This document shows, piece after piece, positions 1 to 9,603 of a stretch of 64,000 nt of DNA (its first letter is position 1; the number at the start of each line of letters is the position of its first letter). Location of the stretch: contig JAOPTT010000014.1 of assembly GCA_051531975.1 (NCBI GenBank), forward strand, positions 64,001-128,000. The letters are read 5' to 3'. The stretch is from Spirochaetaceae bacterium. GTDB taxonomy: Bacteria; Spirochaetota; Spirochaetia; DSM-2461. Made by a program: the position numbers and the translations under genes. The notes under the pieces were generated by a model that had not been told where the DNA came from, made no database searches, and saw only the letters and a list, made by a program, of their open reading frames with translations.

Positions 1-1
1 G

Positions 2-925
2 TTGATTTTTTTAGAGATTTCTATAAATCTAAAATCTATGAAAAAAAATATAAAATTAGTTGAACCAATTCCTGCAGCATCACTTAATAGATTATACATT
101 CCAAAATTAGAAAAAAATGGATTAGAGCTGTTATCTTCTAAAGCTGTAAAGATCATAAAAGAACAAGAACCCCAAGGCTGGACAAACATATTCTCAGAGC
201 GCCTAGCTATCCTTTTAGAAACTCTATGGCATGGTACCGGGTGGCAAGATAAAAAATACAGTTCTGAGATCTTAGATATAAGAGAATTCTGGTCTAACAC
301 AGTCGAAATAATGGTTGGTGGTGGTATATTAACTGGAGATGATGGAATTACAATTGTTAATAAAACAAATGTATTATTGAAAAACATAACTAATAAAAAA
401 CTTACCATAGCACCCTCTTCCCATAATATGGTTATAGATGGTCTGTTATCTAAAAACAGTGCAAATACCCTAGCTATAGACTTTGGTCATACATCTGTTA
501 AATCAGCTTTTATTGATGGAAGTTTAAAAAGAACTATTTTAAAACCGGTAGTTATGAACCTAGATGGTCAAAATGAAAAATGTGATGAAGCTTATTTAGA
601 ATCACTACTATTAAAAGTAAAAACAGCTCTAAAAGAGATATTAAACGGGCTTAATGGTAATAAAGTTACATTGTTAAATATTAGTATTGCTGCTTATTTA
701 GAAAACAATCAATTTGCCCAGAATAAAAAAGGTGGTTATTGCCAACTGCGACTTCTAAATACTAATGCTTTAAGTCTTTTTACTAATCTATGGAATGAGA
801 TTTATGATGATAAAACCCAAATACAAATATACCATGATGGTAATGCCGCTGCTAAAATATTAGAAACTAGTCCAGGGGCAATTATAGTATTTGGAACCTC
901 TATAGGTTATGGATTTAAGAATTAA
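2..925 (+). CDS. ROK/ASKHA-fold sugar-kinase-like protein with permuted motif order; start uncertain (window edge; ATG at 38 possible)
   Basis: Motifs LAIDFGHTSVK (phosphate-1), HDGNAAA (connect-1), VFGTSIGYG (phosphate-2), MVGGGIL (adenosine loop). Confidence 0.6.
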   Translation: MIFLEISINLKSMKKNIKLVEPIPAASLNRLYIPKLEKNGLELLSSKAVKIIKEQEPQGWTNIFSERLAILLETLWHGTGWQDKKYSSEILDIREFWSNTVEIMVGGGILTGDDGITIVNKTNVLLKNITNKKLTIAPSSHNMVIDGLLSKNSANTLAIDFGHTSVKSAFIDGSLKRTILKPVVMNLDGQNEKCDEAYLESLLLKVKTALKEILNGLNGNKVTLLNISIAAYLENNQFAQNKKGGYCQLRLLNTNALSLFTNLWNEIYDDKTQIQIYHDGNAAAKILETSPGAIIVFGTSIGYGFKN

Positions 926-969
926 TATCCATTAATTTACAATATTTATCATTTCGGCATATTCTCAAC

Positions 970-999
970 TTGACAATACTGTGCATCACACACTATTAT
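970..999 (+). promoter_or_regulatory. sigma70-type promoter of the padR operon, with a TGTG-N3-CACA palindrome in the spacer (possible PadR operator)
   Basis: TTGACA(970-975)-18 nt-TATTAT(994-999). Confidence 0.55.
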
Positions 1000-1016
1000 T
1001 AAATCAAGAGGTAGAT

Positions 1017-1358
1017 ATGGACGAAGACAATAAAATCTTTAACAACCTACAACAGGAGTTAAAAAGAGGAACACTGGTTCTCTCTGTCCTGCTAAACTCA
1101 TCTGAACCATGTTATGGATATACATTAGTAACCAGTTTAAATGATTCAGGTATTGCGATAGAGCAAAATACACTCTATCCACTACTTAGAAGATTGGAAA
1201 AACAGGAACTATTAGAGAGTTTATGGGACACTACAGAATCAAGACCTAGAAAGTATTATCAGATAAGTAAACTTGGAATTGAAGTAAGAGATAAACTTTA
1301 TGAAGAGTGGGTTAAAACAAATAAAGTTATAGAAAAAATGGCAATTAAGGAGAATTAA
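1017..1358 (+). CDS. PadR family transcriptional regulator
   Basis: ELKRGTL..YGY..TLYPLLRRLE..RPRKYY; GAGG RBS before ATG 1017. Confidence 0.93.
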   Translation: MDEDNKIFNNLQQELKRGTLVLSVLLNSSEPCYGYTLVTSLNDSGIAIEQNTLYPLLRRLEKQELLESLWDTTESRPRKYYQISKLGIEVRDKLYEEWVKTNKVIEKMAIKEN

Positions 1359-1359
1359 A

Positions 1360-2343
1360 ATGGAGATGATAGACAAATATATCTATGCAATTGGACAAAA
1401 GTTACCACTTAAAAGTAGGGCCGAGATAAAAAAAGAGCTAACATCTCTTATTTTAGATGAAATTGAGGGTAAGTATGGAGAAAATCCTACTGTAGCTCAA
1501 CAAGAAGAAGCTATTATATCCTTTGGTACACCAAATAAAGTAGCAAAAAGATATTCTGGGGCAACACTTGTAATTGGAGAGGGTTTTACAGACCTATATT
1601 TCATGATTTGCAAAATAATGGTTGGAGCAATGTCTATAGCCTTTGTTACAGTATTCATTGTTAGTCTTTTTACAGAAAACATAGCTGGGCTGGACATATT
1701 AAAAGGTTTTCTAAAAGTTCCTTTTAGAGTGTTACAGGCTTCTTTTAGTGGAATAGGAGTAGTAACATTAATTTTTATAGTTATATCAAAGTTAATGAAA
1801 AACGGAGAAGTTGATCTAGAAGATGACTGGGGTGTAAAAGAGCTAGAATCTATAGAGTTAACTGAAAAAGTGGAATCTAAAATAGAAGCAATAGTATCTA
1901 TTATATTCTTATCAGTATTTATTGCCCTTATTAACATTTACCCTGAGTTTATTACATTTTTGGAAGATAGCTATGAAAAGAGTGGATTAGTTCTTGGTAA
2001 TAGAGTCGATATGAATGTATTCTCTAGTTATATAATAGTCTTTTCAATTTTAGGAATACTTCAGATTATCAACCAGGTTTTAATACTAAAAAAAGAGATG
2101 AAAACAAGAGCCATATATATTTTTGAAACTTTTATATCCTTATTTGATCTTCTGTTTACTATTGCAATACTAAAAATTGGTACACTATTTATATACAATG
2201 GAATCGACCAAGGAATATTTACAACATCAACTATTGGTTTTAAAATCTTTTTGATTATAGGATTAATAACTGGATCTTTTGAACTTATAGGGAAGGTTGT
2301 AAACTATATAAAAATGGAATTTAATAACCGAAACAAAATATAA
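1360..2343 (+). CDS. PadR-associated membrane protein with HAAS-like N-terminal domain
   Basis: IDKYIYAIGQKLP..EI..FGTPNKVAKRY followed by multiple TM helices. Confidence 0.75.
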   Translation: MEMIDKYIYAIGQKLPLKSRAEIKKELTSLILDEIEGKYGENPTVAQQEEAIISFGTPNKVAKRYSGATLVIGEGFTDLYFMICKIMVGAMSIAFVTVFIVSLFTENIAGLDILKGFLKVPFRVLQASFSGIGVVTLIFIVISKLMKNGEVDLEDDWGVKELESIELTEKVESKIEAIVSIIFLSVFIALINIYPEFITFLEDSYEKSGLVLGNRVDMNVFSSYIIVFSILGILQIINQVLILKKEMKTRAIYIFETFISLFDLLFTIAILKIGTLFIYNGIDQGIFTTSTIGFKIFLIIGLITGSFELIGKVVNYIKMEFNNRNKI

Positions 2344-2359
2344 TAATAGGCATATTTTA

Positions 2360-2391
2360 AAAGAGGCTTTTAATATAATAAAAGCCTCTTT
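2360..2391. terminator. bidirectional intrinsic terminator
   Basis: AAAGAGGCTTTTA..TAAAAGCCTCTTT hairpin between convergent genes. Confidence 0.8.
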
Positions 2392-2395
2392 CTTT

Positions 2396-3124
2396 CTAAA
2401 AAAACAATAATTTAACAGACATTAAACCTATTGTAATTGCTAAACCAATCTTAACTATTATTTCACCTTTTTTTAACGCAAGTTTTACAGTCAACCAAGA
2501 GCCTAAAGCGTTACCTGCAGACAAAACCAAAGCGTATAACCAGTTAATTTTCCCTGAGAAAATAAATACAACGATAACTGGGATGGTATATATAAATACT
2601 ATAAAAACCCTATGCATACTCATTTTTAATAGGTCCATACTACTTAAGTGTCTTAGACTTGCAGCAATTATTAATCCAACACCTACTTGTACAAAACCAC
2701 CATATAGACCTACAAAAACCATAGCTGGGTATATTAGTTTCCCATTAAGTATGTTTGTAGTTTTATCTATCTTTTTTTTAGGTATAAACATAGAGATAAC
2801 AATGAAAATCATGACCATGGTTAAAATAAGTTCAAACATATCATTTTTTATTCTAACAGAGATTAAACTACCTAAAATTGCACCTGGAAGTGCACATAAA
2901 CCAAGCTTTAAACTTTGCTTAATATCCGTAAAGTTTTCACTTCTAAAAGCTGCAGCCCCGGAACCACAGGAGATAAGTACTCCTACCCTATTTGTTGCAT
3001 TAGCAACAGCAGGTTCAATCCCCATTAACATCATGTATCCTAGGATTATTGTGGATCCGCCACCTGCTAACATATTCACAAAACTTGCTACAATTCCTAA
3101 TAAAAATAGAACTACAAAAAACAT
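2396..3124 (-). CDS. sulfite exporter TauE/SafE family permease
   Basis: NMLAGGGS, ANATNR and GLYGGFVQVGVG motifs; about 8 TM. Confidence 0.9.
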   Translation of the reverse strand: MFFVVLFLLGIVASFVNMLAGGGSTIILGYMMLMGIEPAVANATNRVGVLISCGSGAAAFRSENFTDIKQSLKLGLCALPGAILGSLISVRIKNDMFELILTMVMIFIVISMFIPKKKIDKTTNILNGKLIYPAMVFVGLYGGFVQVGVGLIIAASLRHLSSMDLLKMSMHRVFIVFIYTIPVIVVFIFSGKINWLYALVLSAGNALGSWLTVKLALKKGEIIVKIGLAITIGLMSVKLLFF

Positions 3125-3137
3125 AAATACTCCTTAC

Positions 3138-3158
3138 AGTATATAGTTGCTATACACT
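3138..3158. promoter_or_regulatory. putative MarR operator upstream of tauE
   Basis: AGTATATAG-TTG-CTATACACT palindrome; matches 3628-3648. Confidence 0.65.
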
Positions 3159-3168
3159 TATATAAAAA

Positions 3169-3621
3169 CTAACTTCTATTATCCAATAAAAATTCATATC
3201 TACTTAGGAAATCTTTAATTACAAAAAGTGCTGATGGTTCCAATTTAGATAGATAATCACTAAAGCCACCATCCATCTCCTGGTGCCACTTTTCATGGGT
3301 TTTTAAGATCTTTTTACCCAACGTTGTTAGATACAAAAGTGACCTAGATGCATTAACTGGATCTGGATACTTCTTAACAAGGCCTCTCTTTTCCAGCTTT
3401 TTAAATGTCTGACTAACAGCTCCTTTTGTAATTCCCATAATTTCAGCAATACGAGTCATACTTTGTCCCTCTGATACTCCTAATACTTCAACAAGATACA
3501 TCTCGGAGTTATACATTTTAATGCCAGTACCAAATTCGTGGGGTCTTTTATCCAGTTCAGATTTTTTATTTGCAATATTTTTTAGCTGGTTTAGTAGTTT
3601 ATTCACATCAATTTCAGTCAT
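3169..3621 (-). CDS. MarR family transcriptional regulator
   Basis: wHTH MTRIAEIMGITKGAVSQTFKKLEKRGLV..SRSLLYLT; ATG at 3621 preferred. Confidence 0.92.
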   Translation of the reverse strand: MTEIDVNKLLNQLKNIANKKSELDKRPHEFGTGIKMYNSEMYLVEVLGVSEGQSMTRIAEIMGITKGAVSQTFKKLEKRGLVKKYPDPVNASRSLLYLTTLGKKILKTHEKWHQEMDGGFSDYLSKLEPSALFVIKDFLSRYEFLLDNRS

Positions 3622-3627
3622 AAACAA

Positions 3628-3656
3628 AGCGTATAGTACATATACACTACTGTCAA
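3628..3656 (-). promoter_or_regulatory. marR promoter overlapped by an operator palindrome
   Basis: TTGACA-17-TACGCT on minus strand; AGCGTATAG-TAC-ATATACACT at 3628-3648. Confidence 0.65.
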
Positions 3657-3699
3657 TAACCTTTTTTTATGCTATTATATTATAAATAGAGGTTATTTA

Positions 3700-4377
3700 A
3701 TGGATAAAAGAGATTTACTAGCAGTTGCACAATCCCCAATTTTTAAAGGTATTGAGATTACAGATTTACATAAAATATTAGAACTACATCACCCCTCTAT
3801 TAAACGCTTTACTAAAGGTCAAACTGTTTTAATTCAGGATCAGTTTTTAGATAAACTTATAATAGTTATAGATGGCAGACTAAAGGCACAAATGGCATCT
3901 GATGATGGAAAGATAATAAATATGGAAGAATTTGGTAAGTATATGCCTATAGCTATTCCAGTTCTTTTTTCTGAGGAGAAACTATTACCAGTATCACTAT
4001 ATGCAATAGAACCTTCTGAGGTGTTTTTTCTTTCTAAGGAAATGTTAATAAAATGCTGTATGGAAAACCAGAGAATACTTGAAAATACAATGGGAGTTAT
4101 GTCTGGAAAAGTTTCATTTTTATCTAAGAAGATTAAATTTTTACAACTGAATACTATAAAACAAAAAATTGCGGAAACTCTATTAAAGTTATCAAAAAGT
4201 ACTAACTCTCTTACTTTTAAACTTAATCTAACTAAAGAAGATTTGGCTAAAGAGATGGGAGTCACAAGACCAAGCCTCTCCAGAGAGTTTGCTAGTCTTG
4301 TGCAGGGGGGTATTATAACCCAGGATAAAGATAATATTACAATCCTAGATCCTGAGAATTTAAAAAACTACAAATAA
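3700..4377 (+). CDS. Crp/Fnr family regulator (probable HcpR)
   Basis: cNMP-binding domain plus HTH LAKEMGVTRPSLSREF; hcp with an HcpR-type box nearby. Confidence 0.85.
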   Translation: MDKRDLLAVAQSPIFKGIEITDLHKILELHHPSIKRFTKGQTVLIQDQFLDKLIIVIDGRLKAQMASDDGKIINMEEFGKYMPIAIPVLFSEEKLLPVSLYAIEPSEVFFLSKEMLIKCCMENQRILENTMGVMSGKVSFLSKKIKFLQLNTIKQKIAETLLKLSKSTNSLTFKLNLTKEDLAKEMGVTRPSLSREFASLVQGGIITQDKDNITILDPENLKNYK

Positions 4378-4740
4378 TTATAGACCTAATACTTCTTTCA
4401 TAGTTTGTACTAGTTGTGGTTTTGGTGGAGCACCTGCAGATAGTTGGGGTTTACCTTCCATTGGAACAAACAGTAGTGTAGGTATACTTTGGATACCAAA
4501 CATTGCAGCAAGATCTTGCTGAGCTTCTGTATCTACTTTATATATATAACATTTTCCATCGTACTCTTTTGCTAACTCTTCTAAAACAGGAGCTATTCTT
4601 TTACAAGGACCACACCAATCTGCATAAAAATCTATTAGACAAGGTAGATCACCTTTATATTTCCATTCTGCATTTGGCTCTCCGTCTATACCACATGCAC
4701 AAACTTTCTCTTTAAAACTTTCAAGTGTTAAATGCTCCAT
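4378..4740 (-). CDS. trxA: thioredoxin
   Basis: DFYADWCGPCK active site; GIQSIPT. Confidence 0.95.
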   Translation of the reverse strand: MEHLTLESFKEKVCACGIDGEPNAEWKYKGDLPCLIDFYADWCGPCKRIAPVLEELAKEYDGKCYIYKVDTEAQQDLAAMFGIQSIPTLLFVPMEGKPQLSAGAPPKPQLVQTMKEVLGL

Positions 4741-4794
4741 TTATATCTCCTTCTTATATTATTAATTAAATATTGATAACTGTATATATAAATA

Positions 4795-4830
4795 TAACAA
4801 TATAGTTTTAATATGGCAACTATATTGTTA
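4795..4830. repeat. perfect 13-bp inverted repeat between rlmF and trxA (terminator or operator)
   Basis: TAACAATATAGTT-10 nt-AACTATATTGTTA. Confidence 0.6.
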
Positions 4831-4898
4831 ATTATTAGGCAAAATAGTCACGAAATCAAACATAAAATATTTATTGGATGTAGATATAAACAAAGCTA

Positions 4899-5798
4899 TT
4901 AAATCTCTTTGCAGAATGTCCAAGCTATAAGTCTACTAATCTTACTACCTTGGCTCATCTCTTTAATTTTAACTCTAGTTGCGCCTTGTTTTCTAATATA
5001 GTGTCGTAATGGTCGTACATTTTCATTTTTTGATACTAATGACGTAAACCATGTAACCTGATCTTTAAACTTAGCACTCTCTTTTATTAATTTTTTAAGA
5101 AAGAACATCTCACCACCTGGGCACCACAACTCCGCTTTTTGACCACCAAAGTTAAGGTTATCTGGAGATTGCACAGTTCTATGCCTGTTTAAATTGGCAA
5201 TCTTTTTTCTATTACTTTCAATAGCTTCTCTCTCAGATGCATGAAATGGAGGGTTACAAACTGTAAGATCAAAATAGTCCCCCTCTTTTATTATTCCAGT
5301 AAAAATGACACTTCTATTCTCTTGTAGAACTATCTCTACTTTATCTTTTAAGTTTTGGTTAGATTCAACAATCTTTTTAGCATTGGCTATAGAATTTTTA
5401 TCAATATCAGTAGCAACAAAGTCCCAATTGTAACTTTGACTTCCAATAATTGGATAAATACAGTTAGCACCTGTTCCTATATCTAAAACCTTTAAGTCTC
5501 TTTTCCCATCCCTAAAAAGGTCAGCGGCATAATGTATGTAGTCTGCTCTTCCTGGTATAGGTGGGCATAAAAATCCCTGTGGGATCTCCCAATAATCTAT
5601 ATTATAGAAGTGTTTTAATAGTGCTTTATTAAGTAATAAAACAGCTTTACTATCACTAAAATCTATAGTGTCATCCCCTGCAGGGTTAGGTTTAATGTAC
5701 TCTTTAAGATCTGGAGAGGCTATTAAAAGTTCTGTGAAGTTATACCGACCTTCATGTGGATTATTATGATGTAGTACTGATTTGCTTTTATTATTCAT
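4899..5798 (-). CDS. rlmF: 23S rRNA (adenine1618-N6)-methyltransferase
   Basis: LCPPIPGRADYIH, LDIGTGANCIYP, CNPPFH, NFGGQ..ELWCPGGE. Confidence 0.95.
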   Translation of the reverse strand: MNNKSKSVLHHNNPHEGRYNFTELLIASPDLKEYIKPNPAGDDTIDFSDSKAVLLLNKALLKHFYNIDYWEIPQGFLCPPIPGRADYIHYAADLFRDGKRDLKVLDIGTGANCIYPIIGSQSYNWDFVATDIDKNSIANAKKIVESNQNLKDKVEIVLQENRSVIFTGIIKEGDYFDLTVCNPPFHASEREAIESNRKKIANLNRHRTVQSPDNLNFGGQKAELWCPGGEMFFLKKLIKESAKFKDQVTWFTSLVSKNENVRPLRHYIRKQGATRVKIKEMSQGSKISRLIAWTFCKEI

Positions 5799-5837
5799 TT
5801 TAAACTCTCCTAGGTAAGAAGATACATTATAACATAA

Positions 5838-5867
5838 AATAAGCCCATAGTTTCCTATGAGCTTATT
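5838..5867 (-). terminator. intrinsic terminator after hcp
   Basis: AATAAGCCCATAG-TTTC-CTATGAGCTTATT. Confidence 0.7.
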
Positions 5868-5896
5868 ATATTAAAAACTGATATTAAAACCGTTTA

Positions 5897-7522
5897 TTAA
5901 ACAGCGTCTCCCATGAATATCTTCATGTCTTCTGCAACTTCACCAATTGGTGCAATTCCAAAGTTTTCAACCAGAACGTTTGCAACGTTAGGTGATAAGA
6001 ATGCTGGAAGTGTTGGACCTAAGTGAATGTTTTTAACACCTAAGTGTAGAAGTGCTAATAATACAATTACAGCCTTCTGCTCATACCATGCAATGTTGTA
6101 TGCAATTGGTAAATCGTTAACACTATCAAGTTCAAAGATCTCTTGTAATTTAAGTGCAATAAGTACTAAAGAATATGAGTCGTTACACTGACCTGCATCT
6201 AATACTCTTGGGATTCCACCAATATCACCTAAGTTTAACTTGTTATATCTAAACTTTGCACAACCTGCAGTTAAAATAACTGTATCTTTTGGTAAAGCTT
6301 CTGCAAATTCTGTGTAGTAATTTCTACCTTTTTGTCTACCATCACAACCGGCCATTACAAAGAACTTCTTTATAGCACCAGATTTAACAGCATCTACTAC
6401 TTTATCAGCTAATGCAAATACCTGGTTATGTGCAAATCCACCAACAATTTTACCTGTTTCAATCTCTGTTGGAGAAGCTGTTGTTTTAGCTTGCTCAATA
6501 ATTGCACTATAATCGTAATCAGATACATGTGTTACACCTGCAAAACCAGTTTCACCTGTTGTATATAATCTATCTCTATAAGCATCTGTAGGAGGAACTA
6601 AACAGTTAGAAGTCATTAATATTGGTCCGTTAAACTTTTCGAACTCTTCTTTTTGTGCCCACCAAGCATTACCATAGTTACCAGCAAAATGCTCGTACTT
6701 TTTAAATGCAGGGTAATATTGTGCAGCTAACATTTCAGAGTGAGTATAAACATCAACTCCTGTACCTTCTGTTTGCTTTAATAACTCGTCTATATCTTTT
6801 AAATCGTGTCCACTAATTAAGATACCTGGGTTATTTCTAACACCTAAGTCTACTTCTGTAATTTCTGGGTTACCATAAGTAGAAGTATTTGCAGTATCTA
6901 ATAGTGCCATACAATCAACACCAAACTTACCAGTTTCTAATGTTAGTCCAACTAACTCGTCAACTGTTTTAGTATCGTTAGCAGTAGCTGCTAAAGCTCT
7001 ATACATAAAGTCATAAATATCTGTATTAATTTTACCTAATGCACCAGCATGTGAAACATAAGCTGCAACACCTTTTAGTCCACCAACTATTAACTCTCTT
7101 AAAGATCTAATATCTTCGTCTTCTGTTGCTAAAATTGAAGAAACAGTTCCAATAAGTGGGTATTCTGAAGTTGTTTTTGGTTCCCACAGTGCTGATGATG
7201 GAGCATCTGATAGGTCTAAACCTTTTGCAACTGCTTTAGCTTTTAAGTCAGCCTTAACAGCTAATGCTTTTGTAATTTCTTCTTCAAATATTGCATCGTT
7301 AAAGTTTGCATTTGTAATTGTTTTAAATAGACCCGCTGTAACAACTTGTCCAACATGATTTTCTGTTTCTACTTTTTCTGCAAAGTATGATAAACCTTTT
7401 AAAGTATATATAAGTACGTCTTGTAATAACGCTGTCTCATCTTTTTTTCCACATACACCGGCTGATCCTGTGCACCCCTTATTTCCTGCTGCTTCCTGAC
7501 ATTGATAACAAAACATTGACAT
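5897..7522 (-). CDS. hcp: hydroxylamine reductase (hybrid-cluster protein)
   Basis: [40 protein letters not shown]. Confidence 0.98.
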   Translation of the reverse strand: MSMFCYQCQEAAGNKGCTGSAGVCGKKDETALLQDVLIYTLKGLSYFAEKVETENHVGQVVTAGLFKTITNANFNDAIFEEEITKALAVKADLKAKAVAKGLDLSDAPSSALWEPKTTSEYPLIGTVSSILATEDEDIRSLRELIVGGLKGVAAYVSHAGALGKINTDIYDFMYRALAATANDTKTVDELVGLTLETGKFGVDCMALLDTANTSTYGNPEITEVDLGVRNNPGILISGHDLKDIDELLKQTEGTGVDVYTHSEMLAAQYYPAFKKYEHFAGNYGNAWWAQKEEFEKFNGPILMTSNCLVPPTDAYRDRLYTTGETGFAGVTHVSDYDYSAIIEQAKTTASPTEIETGKIVGGFAHNQVFALADKVVDAVKSGAIKKFFVMAGCDGRQKGRNYYTEFAEALPKDTVILTAGCAKFRYNKLNLGDIGGIPRVLDAGQCNDSYSLVLIALKLQEIFELDSVNDLPIAYNIAWYEQKAVIVLLALLHLGVKNIHLGPTLPAFLSPNVANVLVENFGIAPIGEVAEDMKIFMGDAV

Positions 7523-7619
7523 ATAATAGTCTCCTTAGTTGATTCGGCGGCCACATTGTGTCGGCCAACCTTAAATTCTGATTGATAAGAAGAATATAAC
7601 AAAGCTTTATATTTAGTTC

Positions 7620-7635
7620 TGTAACTTATGTTACA
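7620..7635. promoter_or_regulatory. HcpR-type operator upstream of hcp
   Basis: Perfect TGTAAC-TTAT-GTTACA palindrome. Confidence 0.8.
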
Positions 7636-7796
7636 CATTAATCATTTATTTCAAATAAAATCCTACTATGCAGATGGGAAACCTTTTATTTTTACTACTT
7701 GTTAAATGTCTTAAGGTATTAAATAGTTAATAATAAGTAAAAAATCAATTTTATTTTACTTATGACTTTTCAGATAATATTATATAGTATATTATT

Positions 7797-7806
7797 TTGT
7801 ATACAA
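7797..7806. promoter_or_regulatory. GntR-type operator, glycerate kinase promoter
   Basis: TTGTATACAA palindrome, recurring in the cluster. Confidence 0.7.
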
Positions 7807-7830
7807 TATATCGCATCCTCAGGAGACATT

Positions 7831-8967
7831 ATGAAGTTCTTAATAGCACCAGACTCTTTTAAAGGTTCATGTTCAAGTTTAGAAGCAGCAAATAGCATAG
7901 AGAAAGGGATTTTAAAAGTATTCCCTAATAGTCAAACAGTTAAATTATCAGTTGCTGATGGTGGAGAAGGAACAGTAGAGGCTATTTTACAAAGTTGTAA
8001 TGGAAAACTTATATATAAAACAGTTACAGGCCCAGACAATAACCCTGTAGAAGCATCTTATGGGATCCTACCTAATGGTACAGCAATTATAGAGATGGCA
8101 TCGGCGTCAGGTCTGCCTATAGTTCCAATTGAGAAACGGAATGCTCTTACAGCAACAACCAAAGGAACAGGTGAATTGATAATTTCAGCTATAGATAATG
8201 GTTGTACAAAAATTATTATCGGCTTAGGAGGTAGTGCAACAACAGATGGTGGTGTTGGTATGGCACAAGCCCTAGGTTACTCTTTTTTAGATGCCAATGG
8301 AAAAGAACTAGAAAATGGTGGAGGTGTTTTATCTGACCTTGTTAAAATATCAGATAAAAATATTGATTCAAGAATTACAGGTGTAGAATTTATAGCAGCA
8401 TGCGATGTAAATAATCCTCTATTTGGAAAGACAGGTGCTGCTTATATTTATGCCCCACAAAAGGCTGCAACAACTGATATGGTTAAACTATTAGACAGTG
8501 GTCTTATACATTTAGATTCAGTAGTAAAAGATACCTTAGGTGTTAATAATAGTAATACACTTGGAGCTGGAGCCGCTGGTGGATTAGGATTTGGTGTATT
8601 AACCTTCTGCAAAGGTATATTAAAATCTGGAATAACAACTGTTTTAGATGCCATAGAATTCGATAAACATCTAGAAGGTACAGATTTAGTGATAACTGGG
8701 GAAGGCCGAATTGATGGTCAGTCATTAAATGGAAAGGTGCCAGTGGGAATTGCAGAGAAAACAAAGTCTAAAAATATTCCTCTTTTAGTAATAGCTGGGG
8801 GAATAGGAGATAAAATAGATGAAGCCTATAAGCTAGGAATTGATAGTGTAATGTCCATTGTTAACTGCCCTATGCCACTAGAAGAAGCGATGAATAATAG
8901 TAAAGAGCTATTAACTGATTCAGCAGAACGGGCTATGAGAATGATAAAAATAGGAATGAATCTATAA
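7831..8967 (+). CDS. glxK: glycerate kinase (GlxK/GarK family)
   Basis: IAPDSFKGS, ADGGEGT, GGSATTDGG, GAGAAGGLG, TGEGRID; AGGAG RBS before ATG 7831. Confidence 0.95.
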   Translation: MKFLIAPDSFKGSCSSLEAANSIEKGILKVFPNSQTVKLSVADGGEGTVEAILQSCNGKLIYKTVTGPDNNPVEASYGILPNGTAIIEMASASGLPIVPIEKRNALTATTKGTGELIISAIDNGCTKIIIGLGGSATTDGGVGMAQALGYSFLDANGKELENGGGVLSDLVKISDKNIDSRITGVEFIAACDVNNPLFGKTGAAYIYAPQKAATTDMVKLLDSGLIHLDSVVKDTLGVNNSNTLGAGAAGGLGFGVLTFCKGILKSGITTVLDAIEFDKHLEGTDLVITGEGRIDGQSLNGKVPVGIAEKTKSKNIPLLVIAGGIGDKIDEAYKLGIDSVMSIVNCPMPLEEAMNNSKELLTDSAERAMRMIKIGMNL

Positions 8968-9600
8968 GTCCTTTTGTGCTAAACGCTCTCTAGTTCGCCA
9001 ATGGTGTTCCATGAGCTTCTTTTGAGCTAAATGTACATCTTTATCCTTTATTGATTTAATAATATCCATATGTTCAGCAAGTGACTCTTCTGGAGGTCTA
9101 ATTAAACCTTGTTGATAACACCTAATTATAAACTCACACCTAGAAATGAAATCCAAAATCAACTGATTTCCAGACATTTTTAAAATTGATGAGTGAAATT
9201 CTTGGTCTTTTTTCTGGTATCTTTTATATTTAGATTCAGGAACTGGTAGCGAAAACTCATCAAAAAGAGTTAAAATCCTACCCCACTCTTTATCATTTAA
9301 CTTTTCCATGCATATGTGCAGAGCTGTGCCTTCTAAACCTGCCCTAACCTCAAAAAGTTCTATCATATCCTTATTTGTAAACACTTTAACATAGAGCTCT
9401 CTTCTCTCTCTCTGTTCAATTATTCCTTCGTTTATAAGTCTATTTAATGCTTCTGTAACAGGGGTTAAGCTGACATCTAACATAGCTGCTAACTCTTTCT
9501 TTTGAACCTTTTCTCCTGGTTTTAAATCTTTATTTAACAACATTTTTACAATCTGCTCATATACTAAGTCACTTAATATTTCTTTAGATATCATTTCCAT
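8962..9600 (-). CDS. GntR family regulator (FCD domain)
   Basis: wHTH LDVSLTPVTEAL; FEVRAGLEG, DQEFH, EH. Confidence 0.92.
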   Translation of the reverse strand: MEMISKEILSDLVYEQIVKMLLNKDLKPGEKVQKKELAAMLDVSLTPVTEALNRLINEGIIEQRERRELYVKVFTNKDMIELFEVRAGLEGTALHICMEKLNDKEWGRILTLFDEFSLPVPESKYKRYQKKDQEFHSSILKMSGNQLILDFISRCEFIIRCYQQGLIRPPEESLAEHMDIIKSIKDKDVHLAQKKLMEHHWRTRERLAQKDL

Positions 9601-9603
9601 AAT

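Noticed and set aside
7535..7571. GC-rich stem as a tRNA or known riboswitch
   Set aside because: Too short; no cloverleaf, T-loop or recognisable aptamer.
7399..7638. 79-aa ORF overlapping the hcp start as a possible leader peptide
   Set aside because: It starts inside the HcpR box, has no RBS and overlaps hcp out of frame.
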